Shown here one piece after another: positions 26,653 through 37,776 of a stretch of DNA of 64,000 nt. The notes below the pieces were generated by a model. It had not been told where the DNA came from. It saw only the letters and a program-made list of their open reading frames with translations, and ran no database searches. Made by a program: the position numbers and the translations under genes. The stretch is taken from positions 64,001 through 128,000 of the forward strand of contig CAVYKI010000009.1 of assembly GCA_963769025.1 (NCBI GenBank), in the 5' to 3' direction. Within the stretch, counting starts at the first letter, position 1; each line of letters starts with the position of its first letter. This DNA is from an uncultured Verrucomicrobiae bacterium (GTDB taxonomy: Bacteria > Verrucomicrobiota > Verrucomicrobiia > Chthoniobacterales > Chthoniobacteraceae).

Positions 26653-29600
26653 TCAGTTCGTCGGCGGGTTCACCTCGCGGACCGTGGCGCCGTTGGTGTC
26701 GCTGAGCAGCAGGATGGCGAGCTTGTCCACGTGGTTCAGCTCCGTCGGCTTGAGCATCTGGTAGTCGAGGCCGTTGGCGGGGGCGGGTTCGTTCGTGAGC
26801 GGGATGGGCTGCACGTTTTCCGGGGCGTTCAGGCTCGCGTAGTCGAAGCGTCCGCGCAGGTCCGTGTAGCCGTCCTTGAAAAAGCGCACGGTGCCGTTCT
26901 TCAGGCGCGCGTACACTTTCACATACGCCTTCGCGACGGGCTTGTTGCTGCCGCTGTCGCGCGCCTCGATGCGCCCATAGTTTTCCGTGAGCGTGAGCTT
27001 GAGCGTGTTGGCGTGGTAGGCCTGCGCCTTGCGCTGTCCGGCGCCGACGACTTCCACGAGCACGTTCGCCTTTGCAAACTCGCCCGGCAGCGGGATGTCG
27101 AGCGCGTCCCTGCCCGCGGGCAGCGCCTGCTTCGCGCTTTGCGTGGGCTTGATGATGCTGAAGCGCCCCGCGTCCTGGCTCACGAACGGATTGCTGCTGA
27201 ACGAAAACTCCGGGTCCATGAGGTAGTAGTTGATCGTCACCTCGCCGAGATTTTTCCACGTGAGCGCGATGCTCCGGTTCTCGACCTTCAGATCAAAGGT
27301 CGGCTCGGTCGCGGCGAGTTCCGCCTGCTGTTTCTCGCGGTCGGGCTTGTCGTCGTCCTTCTCTGCGCCACGCTTGGCGCCGTTCGCCGCGGCCTTGCCC
27401 TCGGCTTCGTCGAGCTGCGAGGCGACTTCGGCGAAAAGGTTCCGCCAGCGCGCGACGGGATGCCCCGCGTAGTTCGCCGCGATGCCGCGCGCCCCCGCGA
27501 GGTTGTCCTCGTAGAAGTCGGCGTAGCACTTGAAATAGTCGTGCTGGATCTTCGTCGGCAGCGCGTTCGCATCCACGGCGCGGAAACGCGCGAGCGCCTC
27601 CTCCACGCGGTCCTGCAGGAAGAGCTGGTACGTCACGCTCATGCTGTCCATCGCGTCGAGCTGCGGCTTGTGCGCGAGGATGCCGAGCAGCGATTGGTAT
27701 TGCGAAAGCACCGCCGGATTCGCGATGCGCCGCTCGCTGCCGAGCCGGTGCGCGCGCTGGTTCACCAGCGGGCTGTATTCGAGATGCTCGTACGCGCGCC
27801 GCTCGATGGGATCGATGAGCAGCAGCTTCGACGCGAGGAACGGCCCGCACTGCGCGACGAAATCATCGCGGTGCTTCAGCCATTCGCGCAGCGCCGCCGT
27901 GTCGTTGTGCACGACCGCATAGCTGTAGATCACGTCGCTCCACGCGTGCCGCTGCTGCATCACGCCGGTGAGCTTCTTGAAAAACTCCGCGCTCTGCCGC
28001 ACGCGCCACGCGATGCGCTCCATGTTCAGCGACTCGATGTTGTTCGCCGCGATGAAGTCGAACACCTCCGCGTCCGTCCCGTACTGCGAGACGTAGTCCC
28101 ACGACGCCTTGTCAAACTGCGTGAGCTTCGCGACGACGTTGAACTCAAACGCCTTCGCCGCCGCCGCGCTCGTGCCCGCGACCGCGACATTCACCGGGTA
28201 GTGCGGAAACTTCGCGCCATTCGCCGCCACCGCGGGGAAGTAGAAGTAATACTCGAACGTCTTCGTCGTGTAAGGCTCCAGCCGCAGCCGGCGCGAGTCC
28301 GTCGCCTTGCTCCCGAGCACCGGCAGCGCGCCCTTCGGGATTTGCAGCAGCACCTCCGCCTTCACCGGCGAACTCGTCGGATTGGTCACGACGACATTCG
28401 CCCCGTACACCGCGCCGGTGAGAAATTCCCCCGTCACGTACTTTTCAAACTTCTCGTTCCCTTCCTGCCGGTAGCGGTCGTTCTGCCGGAAGAAACTCTG
28501 CGAGACGAGCAACTGCCCCGCGTCCGCCTTCGCCGGCGCGGCCTGCTTGATTTCCTTGTGATACACAATCGCCGCGCCGCCCGCCGTGAAGTGGAACTGC
28601 CCGCCGTCCGCCTTCGCCGTGTGCTTCGGCGCATCGAAGGGCAGATCCAGCACCGCCAGCGCGAGCAGCATCTCCGTGAAGTTCCGGCTCGCCTCCGCGA
28701 CATTCCCGGACACAAACGCGCCCTTCGCCCCGCCGCCCACCCAAGCCGCGTAGTCGCGCCAGAACGCGTTCACCGTCACCAGCCCCGCATCCTGCTGCTC
28801 GATGCGGCAGCCGGTAATAATTGTTCTCCGCCCACTCCTTCGTCGCCCCCACCTGCCGGTAGTACGCCCGGACTTCCCCACGATTTGCCCGGGCTGCATC
28901 GGCTCCGAAGAACAGGAATCCGGTAGGTGCGATCCCGTCGGCGATCTCCTTCTCCGCCAAGGGCGACCATTTTCTTCAGACTCTCGGCGCGCCCGTTCAG
29001 CGCCAAGCCCGACTCGCCTTCCACAGCCTTGCGGAGTTCGCGCTGGGCGTCCATCAGCTTGCCTGTGGCACTGGCCAGTTGGTCCTGCTTCGCGCCGGAC
29101 GCGGGCGCGCGATCTTTCGCGTCGCGGAAGCGATTTACACCCGCGCCGCCAGCCATCGCACCATTCCTTGCCATGGGAGCGGCAGGCGGGGCGGCCGCAG
29201 CCTGGGGTTTCATCTCCTTTGCCGCCTCCTCGAGTCGATCCATCGCGTTGCTTTTCTCCCGCTTAAAATCGCCGAGCGCCTCGCTCGCACGCTGCAAGGC
29301 CCGTCCTCGCAACGCAGTCTCGAACAGCCGATCCTGCTCGTCGGGATTCGGCGGAATCATCTCCCACAGCTCCCGCAAGTGCCGTGCGGCACCGGGAGCC
29401 TCGCCGCGGATGCGCTGGGCGAGGAGCGCGCGCTCGACGACATTCAGCCGCGCATGAGCCCAAGGCTGAAGATATGGCGCGAGGTCGTTGCCGAGCAGGA
29501 AGTCATCCATGAATGTCCTGTCCTTCTTGTTCCGCAGGTACGGCTGGATGATCTTTTCAAAAAATGACGGGTCCTTCTTCGCGAGGAAGAGGTTGAGTTC

Positions 29601-32600
29601 GTGGCACGCAAACTCGCCGTATTTCGCGCGCTTCTCGTCGTCCTTGAGCTTCGGCCATTCGAGCACCCACGCGAATTTCGCGAGCGTTGCGTCGCCGTTC
29701 AAAGTGGTGAGCAGCGAGAAGACGCCGCCGAGCGTGTCGTAGGTCTCGAACTCGCTCGTGAGGATGTCCGCGAGCGTCAGCGTCTTGCCCGGCTCGACGA
29801 CGGTGATCTCCTTTTTCTGCGTGAAGGGCTTTGCCGGATCGAGATTCCGCACCAGCCGCAGGTCGGCGAATTTCGTCGGCACCTCGGGCAGCGCGAACGA
29901 GCGCCACACGGCGTTCGTGAGATCCTCGGCGTAAATCTGCACGTGCTGACGGTCACCGAGGATCCGGCGATCGATGCGCACGACGCCGTCCTTGTCCGGC
30001 AGCAGATTGTAGATCGCGGGTGCCGACGCCGCGAGGAAGTCGAGGTTCGTCTCCGCCACCGCGCCACCGGCACCGCTGCCTTTGCGATCGCCGCCCTGTG
30101 CCACGGCGCGCTGGAGCGCGGCACGCCTGTCGCCGCTCGTGGAAGAGGATGCCTGTCCGGCCTGCTGCGCGAGTTCCTCGACCTCGGTGGACCGCTTGTC
30201 CCACGGATTCAGCAGGAGGCCCGGACGCGTGAGCATGTTGCCCGGGAAAACTTTCTGGTAGCGCCGGTCGAGGATGTAGCGGTACTCGTCGCCGATTTCG
30301 CGACCGGCGGCATAGAGGTTCGGCAGACGCGCTGGCGTGCCCGAGGCGGCTCCGAAGCGGGTGAAATTTCCGAAGTCGCCGAAGATCCCGCGCCCCGGCT
30401 CGAAGCGCGACGCAGCGACATGCACCCGGGTGAAAGACGTGGTGTTTGCGAGCTTCACCGTGATTGAATCCGCCGCCGCGACGAGGTCCGTGATCTGCAG
30501 CGGCGCGCTGTTCTTCGCCTCGAGATTCCGGCTCGCGCCGAGGAACCAGCCGTTCGAAAGCCGGCCTGCGGTGACCTTGAGCGCGATGTCGCGGTGCTCC
30601 CCTCGAAGCCGCAATGAGTAGTCGCCCGCCGCGAGTTCCTTGATCTCGATGAAGCCGTCCTTCACCTCGATGCCCGCCGAGTGGTCCGTGATGAAAGTCC
30701 CGGCGCGCAGCGCCAGCAGCGACACATCGGCGGCCTTGGTGGATGCAGCCGCGGGAATCTTGATCGCGTCTCCGGCGCGGACATGCAGTTCCGCCGGCCA
30801 CGTGCGCTCGAAGTCATCCAGCGCCCATAAGCTCTGCCGGCCATTTGGGATGCGTGCCGCGACGCTGGCGATGCCCGGCAGCAGGCCGAGCGCGATGCGT
30901 CCTTTCTCGTCAGTCTTCAGCGCGACGATCTGGGTGCGGCCAAACTCGCGGTGCGTGAATGTGAACACCACCTGCTGATCCGACAGCGTCTCGCCATTGC
31001 GCCCGAGCAGCTCGAAGGCGAATGCGTCGCCGAACTTCGAGAGGTGGCCGTCATTCGTCGCGTCGGTCCTTTCGATGCCATTGAGCGACCACGAACGGCT
31101 CGCCGAGAGGTCGCGCTTTTCCCCGCCTGCGCTGAGCACGTCCACTTTGCCCGTCAGGGTGACGGTGAGCTGCGCGAGGCGCTCGGGAACGCTGATCTCG
31201 TGCGTGAGCACGCCGCCCGCGGTGAGCTTGAGATCCTTGAATTCGCGCGTGGTCGCGATTCCGTCGAGCGTGGTCGATGTGACGGTGAGTTTCGGCGCGG
31301 AGAGCATCGCGGGGTCGAGGTGCGCCTCGCCGAGCAGCAGGGCCACGCGCACCGCCAGCGTCGCTTCGCGGCGGGCGAGCAGTTGCTCGCGCTCGATGTG
31401 GAATTGCGCATCGAGCCTGTATTCCTCGCCGTGGTGCTCGAACTGCGCGAGCGTCGCGAACGTGCCGTCCGGATCGGCCAGCACGATCTGCCGCGTGCCC
31501 GGCTGCTGCGTGAACGGCACCACGATGCGCCCGAGCTTTTCGTCGCGGACAAGCTTGCGTCCGTCGAGCCACGCCACCGCGTCCTTCACCTGCTCGCCGC
31601 GCTCATCGAGCACCGTGAGCAAATCGCCCGACGGCCCGGTGGCCTGGAGCAACTGCCATTGCCCCACGCGCACCAGCGCGCGGCTGCTGCGTCCGCCTCC
31701 GATGAATTCCACGATCCACGCGCCGCGCTTGCCCGTGAGCGCGGGGAATTTGAACGTCTGCCGCGTGCGCTTGAACGGGCCGGTGTCGAAGGCGTGCGTC
31801 TGCTCGCTGTTCGCGACGAGGCCGTCGAGGTTCAGGTCCGTGTTGAGCTGGCGCTTCTGCGTGAGGAAAAAGTTCAGCGCGTTCATCTCGTAGATTTTCA
31901 CGATGAGCTTCGGCGTGTTTTTCACGACGACGTCGATCTGCACATCGTCGCCGGCTTGTCCGCCGCCTGCGGGCCTGAAGAACTGCGGGTTCGTCGCGAC
32001 GAATTCGATGTCCACGCGATCCTTGAGCCTTTGGTAAGCCGTCGGCGTCAGCAGCGATGCCCACTGCTCGGGGTTGCCTTGGCCGCTGGTGATCATCGCC
32101 TCGGCGAGAACGGGCTTCAGCCACGTGTCGCGTACATATTCCACCCACGGCGCGAGCATCGTGTCCACCGCCGCCGGTCCGCCTTGCGCGAAGAGATGCA
32201 GGAAATACTCGCGCACCAACGCCTCGTCGTCGCCGATGGGCCGGTGAGCGAGCAGTCCTTCGCTCAGATCCGCATTCAGGTCGGCCATCGGCTGAAACTC
32301 GCGCACGCGCTCGAGCCACTTCGGATTCACGTAGCCGACAGGGCGGGGGAGCTTGAGGTAATCGAGGAAGCGCGCCCGGTCGTACACGCCCTTGCGGCGG
32401 TCGTGGTCGAGCCGGAGGTAAAGCGTGCGCGCCTTCACCGAGTTGAAGGCCGGCGGCAGCGTCTTCGCGTAGGCATCCACGCGCTCGAGCCATGCCTCAC
32501 GCGCCACGGCGTCGAACTCCGTATCCACATCCGCCGACGGTGCGAGCTTGCGCAGCTTCGTGAGGACGAAGCGCTCGTTGGTCGCGAGCGCCGGAATCTG

Positions 32601-33293
32601 TTTCACCAGCGCCTCGAGCTGATCCGCCAGCAGCGCGCGGTGGATGTTGAATTCGCCAAAGCCGCGCGATTCCTTCGAACGCAGATCCGTGACGATGAGA
32701 TCGACCAGCCCCGGCACGTCCGGACGCTCGATGCGCGCGAGGAGCCCGCGCCGCTGCTGATCATTGAGCGGTGCCTTGCTCCTCACGAGCGCCTCCAGCG
32801 CCTCGATGGAGAAACTCCCCATCCCTCGGTCGTTCACGAGCGAGTCCCTTTCAAACACGTCGCGGGCCACGCGCGCCGGGTCGAGCGCGCTCGGGAGGTT
32901 CGGCTTTTTGTCGCGCACCTCCTGCTGGTGATTGAACTGCAGGCCGAGCCGCTCGCGCAGGAAAGCCAGCGTCTTCTGCGGATTCGCGTCGTAGTCCAGC
33001 AGCGCCTCGCGGTTCTCGATGATGCGCCGCCGGTCCGAATTCGGGAACCGCTTCTTCCACTGCTCCATCGACTCCGCGAGTTTCGCCGCGTCGCGCGTGT
33101 TCTGGTAGTGCAGCGCGTGGAAGAAATAGAAGTCCTCGCTGCCCGGAATGAGTTCGCCGAGGACCTTCGCGCGGTCCGGCGCGAGCGCGAATTTTTCGAT
33201 GAAGCCGATTTCATTCGCCGCCCAGCCGGAGACGGGAAGGACGAGCGAAGTGAGGAGGGCGAGTGCCGCGGGAAACGAAGTGCGCTTGTTCAT
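26653..33293 (-). CDS. Giant (~2,210 aa) secreted hypothetical protein with macroglobulin-like beta modules (apparent frameshifts at ~28961 and ~28804)
   Basis: Three consecutive ORF segments join into one frame when one base is removed at each junction. Signal peptide MNKRTSF...VSGWA; C-terminal YVKVYAR...FFKDGYTDLRGRFDYAS. Confidence 0.75.
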
Positions 33294-33529
33294 GGGATGC
33301 AGGGATGGGTCGAATCGTGAGGTGCCGCGCAGCCGCTTGCAACGCCGCGCACTTCCCTTTCCATAGCCCACCCGCAGCGTGCGGTTGTGATCCTTTTGTA
33401 AAAGGCGTGTGAGTTTGTTGCGACGCGCGGCCGTGCTGCCGCTTCCGGCGGTGATCACTTTTTGAACGCGAATGGGAGAGTTCGGTTGGCATCCCGGATT
33501 GCGCCGCGTAGCTTCCGCAAACCTCTCCC

Positions 33530-35683
33530 ATGATGAATCGCGCACCCTTCCGGATCCTTCTCGTCTGCCTGCTGGCGGCAATTTTTCCCATGGCCGTCCG
33601 CGCGCAGTTGGGGCCGGATGGAAAGCCCATCACCGAGCCGGCGCTGCTCGCGGATACGGCGGCAGTGGAGCCGGGGAAGGCGTTCCACGTCGGCGTGCGC
33701 CTGAAGATCATCCCGCGATGGCACACCTACTGGCAGTTCGGTGGCGCGCCGAGTTTCCCGTTCAGCGTGGAGTGGGAATTGCCCGAGGGCTGGCAGGCCG
33801 GGCCGATTGGATTTCCGCTGCCGGGGCTGTTTGTCGATCAGGACGGGCAGTCGCTTTTCGCCTACGAGCACGAGGTGGTTTTCCCGGTGAAGATCACGCC
33901 GTCGGCGAAGCCGCTGACCGGCGAGGTGCGGATCGGCGCGAAAGCCAAATGGCAGGTGTGTGCGGAGACTTGCATCATCGGAAACGCGGATCTGGAACTG
34001 AAGCTCCCGGCGGGCGCGGCGAAGCCGGCGAACACGGAGCTCTTTGCAAAATGGATGGGGCAACTCCCGCGCGACGACGCGCCGCCGACGAAGGACGTGA
34101 GCTACGAGGCGAAGGACAAGACGCTGATCGTCCGCGTGGGCGGGCTGCCGAAGGACGCGACGGTGGAGTTTTTCCCGCAGCCTCCGGAGGATTTCGGCAG
34201 CACGTTCGAGCTCGGCAAAAAAATCACCAGCGAGACTTCCGCCGACGGAACGCGCGTTTTCGGTTTTCCATTCGACGACAAGGTCCCTGCGAATCTCGAG
34301 TGGAGCGGGCTGCTGGTCGTCCAGAAACCCGGCGGTGTGCGCGAGGGATGGATGCTCGGGAAAACGGCGCCCGCGCCCGCGCCAGCTCCGGTGCCGAAGC
34401 CCGGGACGACCACCGCAAGCGATCCCGGCGGCTGGGATCCGTTCGACGACATTCAAAAGGGGGAGACGGACTCCAAATCGGGAGGGCTTCTCTTCCTGCT
34501 GCTCCAAGGATTCCTCGGCGGGCTGCTGCTGAATCTGATGCCGTGCGTGCTGCCGGTGATCAGCCTGAAGATCTTCGGCTTTGTGCAGCAGGCGGGGGAG
34601 GCGAAGGAACGCATCTTCAAGCTCGGCCTCGCGTTCTGCGCGGGCGTGTTCGCGTTCTTTGCGATCATCGCGACGCTCATCGTGGGACTGGCTTCGTTTG
34701 GCAAGACCTTCGGCTGGGGCGCGCAATTCTCGAATCCCGTGCTGCTCACCGTGATGATCGGCGTGGTGTTTGTGTTCGGGCTCAGCCTGCTCGGCGTGTT
34801 CGAAATCACGCTCGGCGGCGGCACGACGTCGAAGCTCAGCGAACTGTCCTCCAAGGAAGGCGTGTCCGGCGCGTTCGTGCATGGGCTCTTCACGACCTTG
34901 CTCGGGACGTCCTGCACGGCGCCGCTGGTCGGGCCGGTCATCGGCGCGGCGATCACGCGGCCTGGGCCGCAGGTGTTCGCGATGTTCGCGGCGATCGCGT
35001 TGGGACTCTCGCTGCCGTATTTCCTGCTCACGTGGAAACCGGCTTGGATGCGCTTTTTGCCGAAGCCCGGAAACTGGATGGTGCGCTTCAAGCAGGTGCT
35101 CGGCTTTGTGATGCTCGCGCTCGTGGTGTGGTTGCTGGATTCATTTCCGACGCCGGGCGTCATCGTGCAGGCGTGCTCGTTCCTGCTCGTGCTGGCCTTC
35201 GCATGCTGGCTGCTCGGCACGTATCACGACGCGCGCTGGGCGCTGCCGGTCTCGCTGCTCATGGCGGTCGCGGGATGGTTCGTTTTCGTGCATGGGAAGA
35301 TGACCGCGGCGCCTTCCGTCGCCGTGACGGAGACGAGCGCCGAGGGGCTCGCGTGGGAGCCGTTCAGCGTCGCGCGCATCCGGCGGGCGCTGGAGGAAAA
35401 GCATCCCGTGTTCGTGGATTTCACGGCGAAGTGGTGCCTGAACTGCAAGGTCTTCGAGGCGACGGTCATCAACACGGCGCCCGTCATCGCCGCGATGAAG
35501 GCGAAGGGCGTGGTGACCATCAAGGCCGACTACACGCAGCAGCCGCCGGATGTCGAAGCCGCGCTGCGGAAAACCGGGCGCGCGGGCGTGCCGGTGTACG
35601 TGCTTTTCCGGAAGCGCGGAGACTACTGGGTCGCCGACGGCCTCACGCAGGCAGGCCTGCTCGAACAGCTCAACCGGCTGTAA
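33530..35683 (+). CDS. dsbD: DsbD/ScsB-like thiol:disulfide interchange protein
   Basis: N-terminal Ig-like domain (WHTYW, QVCAETC), TM domain with LNLMPCVLP and TSCTAP, PKPGNWM, and thioredoxin domain DFTAKWCLNC with GVPVY. Confidence 0.88.
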   Translation: MMNRAPFRILLVCLLAAIFPMAVRAQLGPDGKPITEPALLADTAAVEPGKAFHVGVRLKIIPRWHTYWQFGGAPSFPFSVEWELPEGWQAGPIGFPLPGLFVDQDGQSLFAYEHEVVFPVKITPSAKPLTGEVRIGAKAKWQVCAETCIIGNADLELKLPAGAAKPANTELFAKWMGQLPRDDAPPTKDVSYEAKDKTLIVRVGGLPKDATVEFFPQPPEDFGSTFELGKKITSETSADGTRVFGFPFDDKVPANLEWSGLLVVQKPGGVREGWMLGKTAPAPAPAPVPKPGTTTASDPGGWDPFDDIQKGETDSKSGGLLFLLLQGFLGGLLLNLMPCVLPVISLKIFGFVQQAGEAKERIFKLGLAFCAGVFAFFAIIATLIVGLASFGKTFGWGAQFSNPVLLTVMIGVVFVFGLSLLGVFEITLGGGTTSKLSELSSKEGVSGAFVHGLFTTLLGTSCTAPLVGPVIGAAITRPGPQVFAMFAAIALGLSLPYFLLTWKPAWMRFLPKPGNWMVRFKQVLGFVMLALVVWLLDSFPTPGVIVQACSFLLVLAFACWLLGTYHDARWALPVSLLMAVAGWFVFVHGKMTAAPSVAVTETSAEGLAWEPFSVARIRRALEEKHPVFVDFTAKWCLNCKVFEATVINTAPVIAAMKAKGVVTIKADYTQQPPDVEAALRKTGRAGVPVYVLFRKRGDYWVADGLTQAGLLEQLNRL

Positions 35684-35684
35684 A

Positions 35685-35743
35685 GGGAGGGACGGCTCGC
35701 CGAGCCGTCCCGCGCGGGCGCGTTCGGCGAACGCACCCTACCC
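35685..35743. repeat. Inverted pair of REP-like palindromes between convergent genes
   Basis: GGGAG-GGACGGCTCG-C-CGAGCCGTCCC on the + strand and GGTAG-GGTGCGTTCG-C-CGAACGCGCCC on the - strand: two hairpins, each preceded by a GTAG/GGAG tetranucleotide. Confidence 0.65.
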
Positions 35744-35748
35744 ACGTG

Positions 35749-37719
35749 CTACGCGCCCTTGCCCGCAACCGGCGTGGCGGCGAGGGCGTTCTTGACGCAG
35801 CGGAGGAGCTTCTCCGCGGTGTAGGGCTTCTCAAGCATGGCCTTGATGTTGAGCCCTTCGAGGATCGTCTGGTTCTCCTTGTTGATGTGCCCGCTGGAGA
35901 CGATCACGCGCACGTCCGGCGTCAGCTTCTTCAACGATTTCGTCAACGTGATGCCGTCCATCATCGCCATGTGGAGATCGGTGATGACCACATTGATTGC
36001 GCCGCGGCGCTCGAAATACATCGCGAGCGCGTCGGTGCCATCCTCGGCGGTGTAGCAGCGGTAATTGTGCGCCTCGAGCGTGCCGACGATCACTTCGCGG
36101 ATCGGCATTTCGTCGTCCACGACCAGCACGAGTTCGCCATTGCCCCTGAGGTCGGCGAGATTTTCGGCCTGCTTTTCCTCCGTTCGGGCTTCGCGGTTGG
36201 CGGGAAGGTGGATCTTGAACGTGGTGCCGATGCCGACCTCGCTCTGGAGCGAGAGGAAGCCTTTGTGGCCTTTCACGATTCCGATGACGGTCGCGAGGCC
36301 GAGTCCCGTTCCCTTGCCCTGTTCCTTCGTCGTGAAGAACGGGTTGAAGATTTTCTCCATGACCTCGGGAGTCATGCCGCTGCCGGTGTCATTGACTGAG
36401 AAGCAGACGTGCGGCCCCATCGTTGCCCCCGGATTCATGCTCGCGAGCTGCTGGTCCACCTCGACGTTTTCAATCGAGACCCTGAGCGTGCCGCCCCCCG
36501 GCGACATCGCATCGCGCGCATTCACGCAGAGGTTCAAAAGGATCTGGTGGAGCTGTGTCGCGTCGCCCTGGACGGTCCACAACTCGGGTGCGAAGTGCGT
36601 CTTGATGTCGATGTTCTTCGGAAAGGTCTGGTTCATCACCTTCACCATTTCGGACAGAAGATGCTTCGGCTGGAGCAGCACGCGCTCGCCCTCGACTCCG
36701 CGGGCAAAGGTGAGCACCTGCTTGACGATTCCGGCTCCGCGCTCGGCGCTGCCCTCGATGATGTCCACCATCTGCTGATCGTCCGGTCCGACCGATCCGC
36801 GGAGGATGCCGGTGGCCATGAGGATCGGCGAAAGGATGTTGTTCAGATCGTGCGCGATTCCGCTCGCGAGCGTGCCGATGCTTTCGAGGCGTTGCGCGCG
36901 GAGGAACTGCGACTCGAGCTTCTTCGTCTCGGTGATGTCCGAATTGATGAGCAGCACGGACTTCGGCTGGCTGGTCTCGTCGTCGTAGCCGAGCGTCCAG
37001 CGGCTGTTGACGACCGCCTCGCCGGCCTCGCGTTTGGCGTGGACCATCTGCCCGTTCCAGTCACCCTTTTCGAGGAGGCCGGACATGCACTTAAGGCACG
37101 TGTCGATGTCGATTTTCAGCAGGTCGTCCACTTTCTTCCCGATCGCCTGCTCGGATGTCCACCCGTACACCTTTTCGGCGCCTTTGTTCCAAAATCGGAT
37201 TTCGCGATCGAGGGTGCAGACAATGATGGCGTCCGCCGCGAGACTCAGTACGCGGGTCAGTTCGCGGGTTTCCTCCTCGGCGCGGAGGTGCCCGGTGCGA
37301 TCGTGGATGGTCACGAGCAGCGCGCGCCTTCCTCGGAAGGTCACATTCTGCCAGGAAGTCTGCACGGCGATCACCGCGCCGACCTTGGTCTTGTGCCGCC
37401 AATTTTGCGTTTGGTTGATGCCCGCGCCGCGCGATTCGACAGCGCGCCGGTATTCGAGAAAGGCCGCGACGTCCTTCGTCGGGAGGATGCGGTCCATCGT
37501 CATCGAGAGGAACTCGTCACGGGTCCAGCCGTACGCCTTGAGGGCCGAGAAATTCGCTGCGAGAAAGCGAAGATTGTCCGCGTCGCAAATCCACATCGGC
37601 AGGGGCGCGCGCTCGAAGAGCACGTCGAACCCCGGCACTTCGCCCGAGGCGGTCGGCACGGTCCGCGCACTCGGGCTCGGGACTTCGGAAAATGGAATTG
37701 GGGTACCGTAGGTTACCAT
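35749..37719 (-). CDS. Cytoplasmic hybrid sensor kinase PAS-PAS-HisKA-HATPase-REC (CckA-like)
   Basis: Two PAS/PAC units, GIAHDLNN, QILLNLCVNARDAM, DTGSGM, PFFTTK, GTGLGL, receiver VVDDE...TDLHM...KP; no TM segments seen. Confidence 0.93.
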   Translation of the reverse strand: MVTYGTPIPFSEVPSPSARTVPTASGEVPGFDVLFERAPLPMWICDADNLRFLAANFSALKAYGWTRDEFLSMTMDRILPTKDVAAFLEYRRAVESRGAGINQTQNWRHKTKVGAVIAVQTSWQNVTFRGRRALLVTIHDRTGHLRAEEETRELTRVLSLAADAIIVCTLDREIRFWNKGAEKVYGWTSEQAIGKKVDDLLKIDIDTCLKCMSGLLEKGDWNGQMVHAKREAGEAVVNSRWTLGYDDETSQPKSVLLINSDITETKKLESQFLRAQRLESIGTLASGIAHDLNNILSPILMATGILRGSVGPDDQQMVDIIEGSAERGAGIVKQVLTFARGVEGERVLLQPKHLLSEMVKVMNQTFPKNIDIKTHFAPELWTVQGDATQLHQILLNLCVNARDAMSPGGGTLRVSIENVEVDQQLASMNPGATMGPHVCFSVNDTGSGMTPEVMEKIFNPFFTTKEQGKGTGLGLATVIGIVKGHKGFLSLQSEVGIGTTFKIHLPANREARTEEKQAENLADLRGNGELVLVVDDEMPIREVIVGTLEAHNYRCYTAEDGTDALAMYFERRGAINVVITDLHMAMMDGITLTKSLKKLTPDVRVIVSSGHINKENQTILEGLNIKAMLEKPYTAEKLLRCVKNALAATPVAGKGA

Positions 37720-37776
37720 TGGGCTGTAGGGTATCTCCCTTCGGATAAGCAGCTATCGGGCAAGGCCCGGCGATTT

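Noticed and set aside
33472..36399. 975-aa alternative-frame ORF over dsbD and the kinase
   Set aside because: Arg/Gly/Ala-rich off-frame translation overlapping two well-supported genes.
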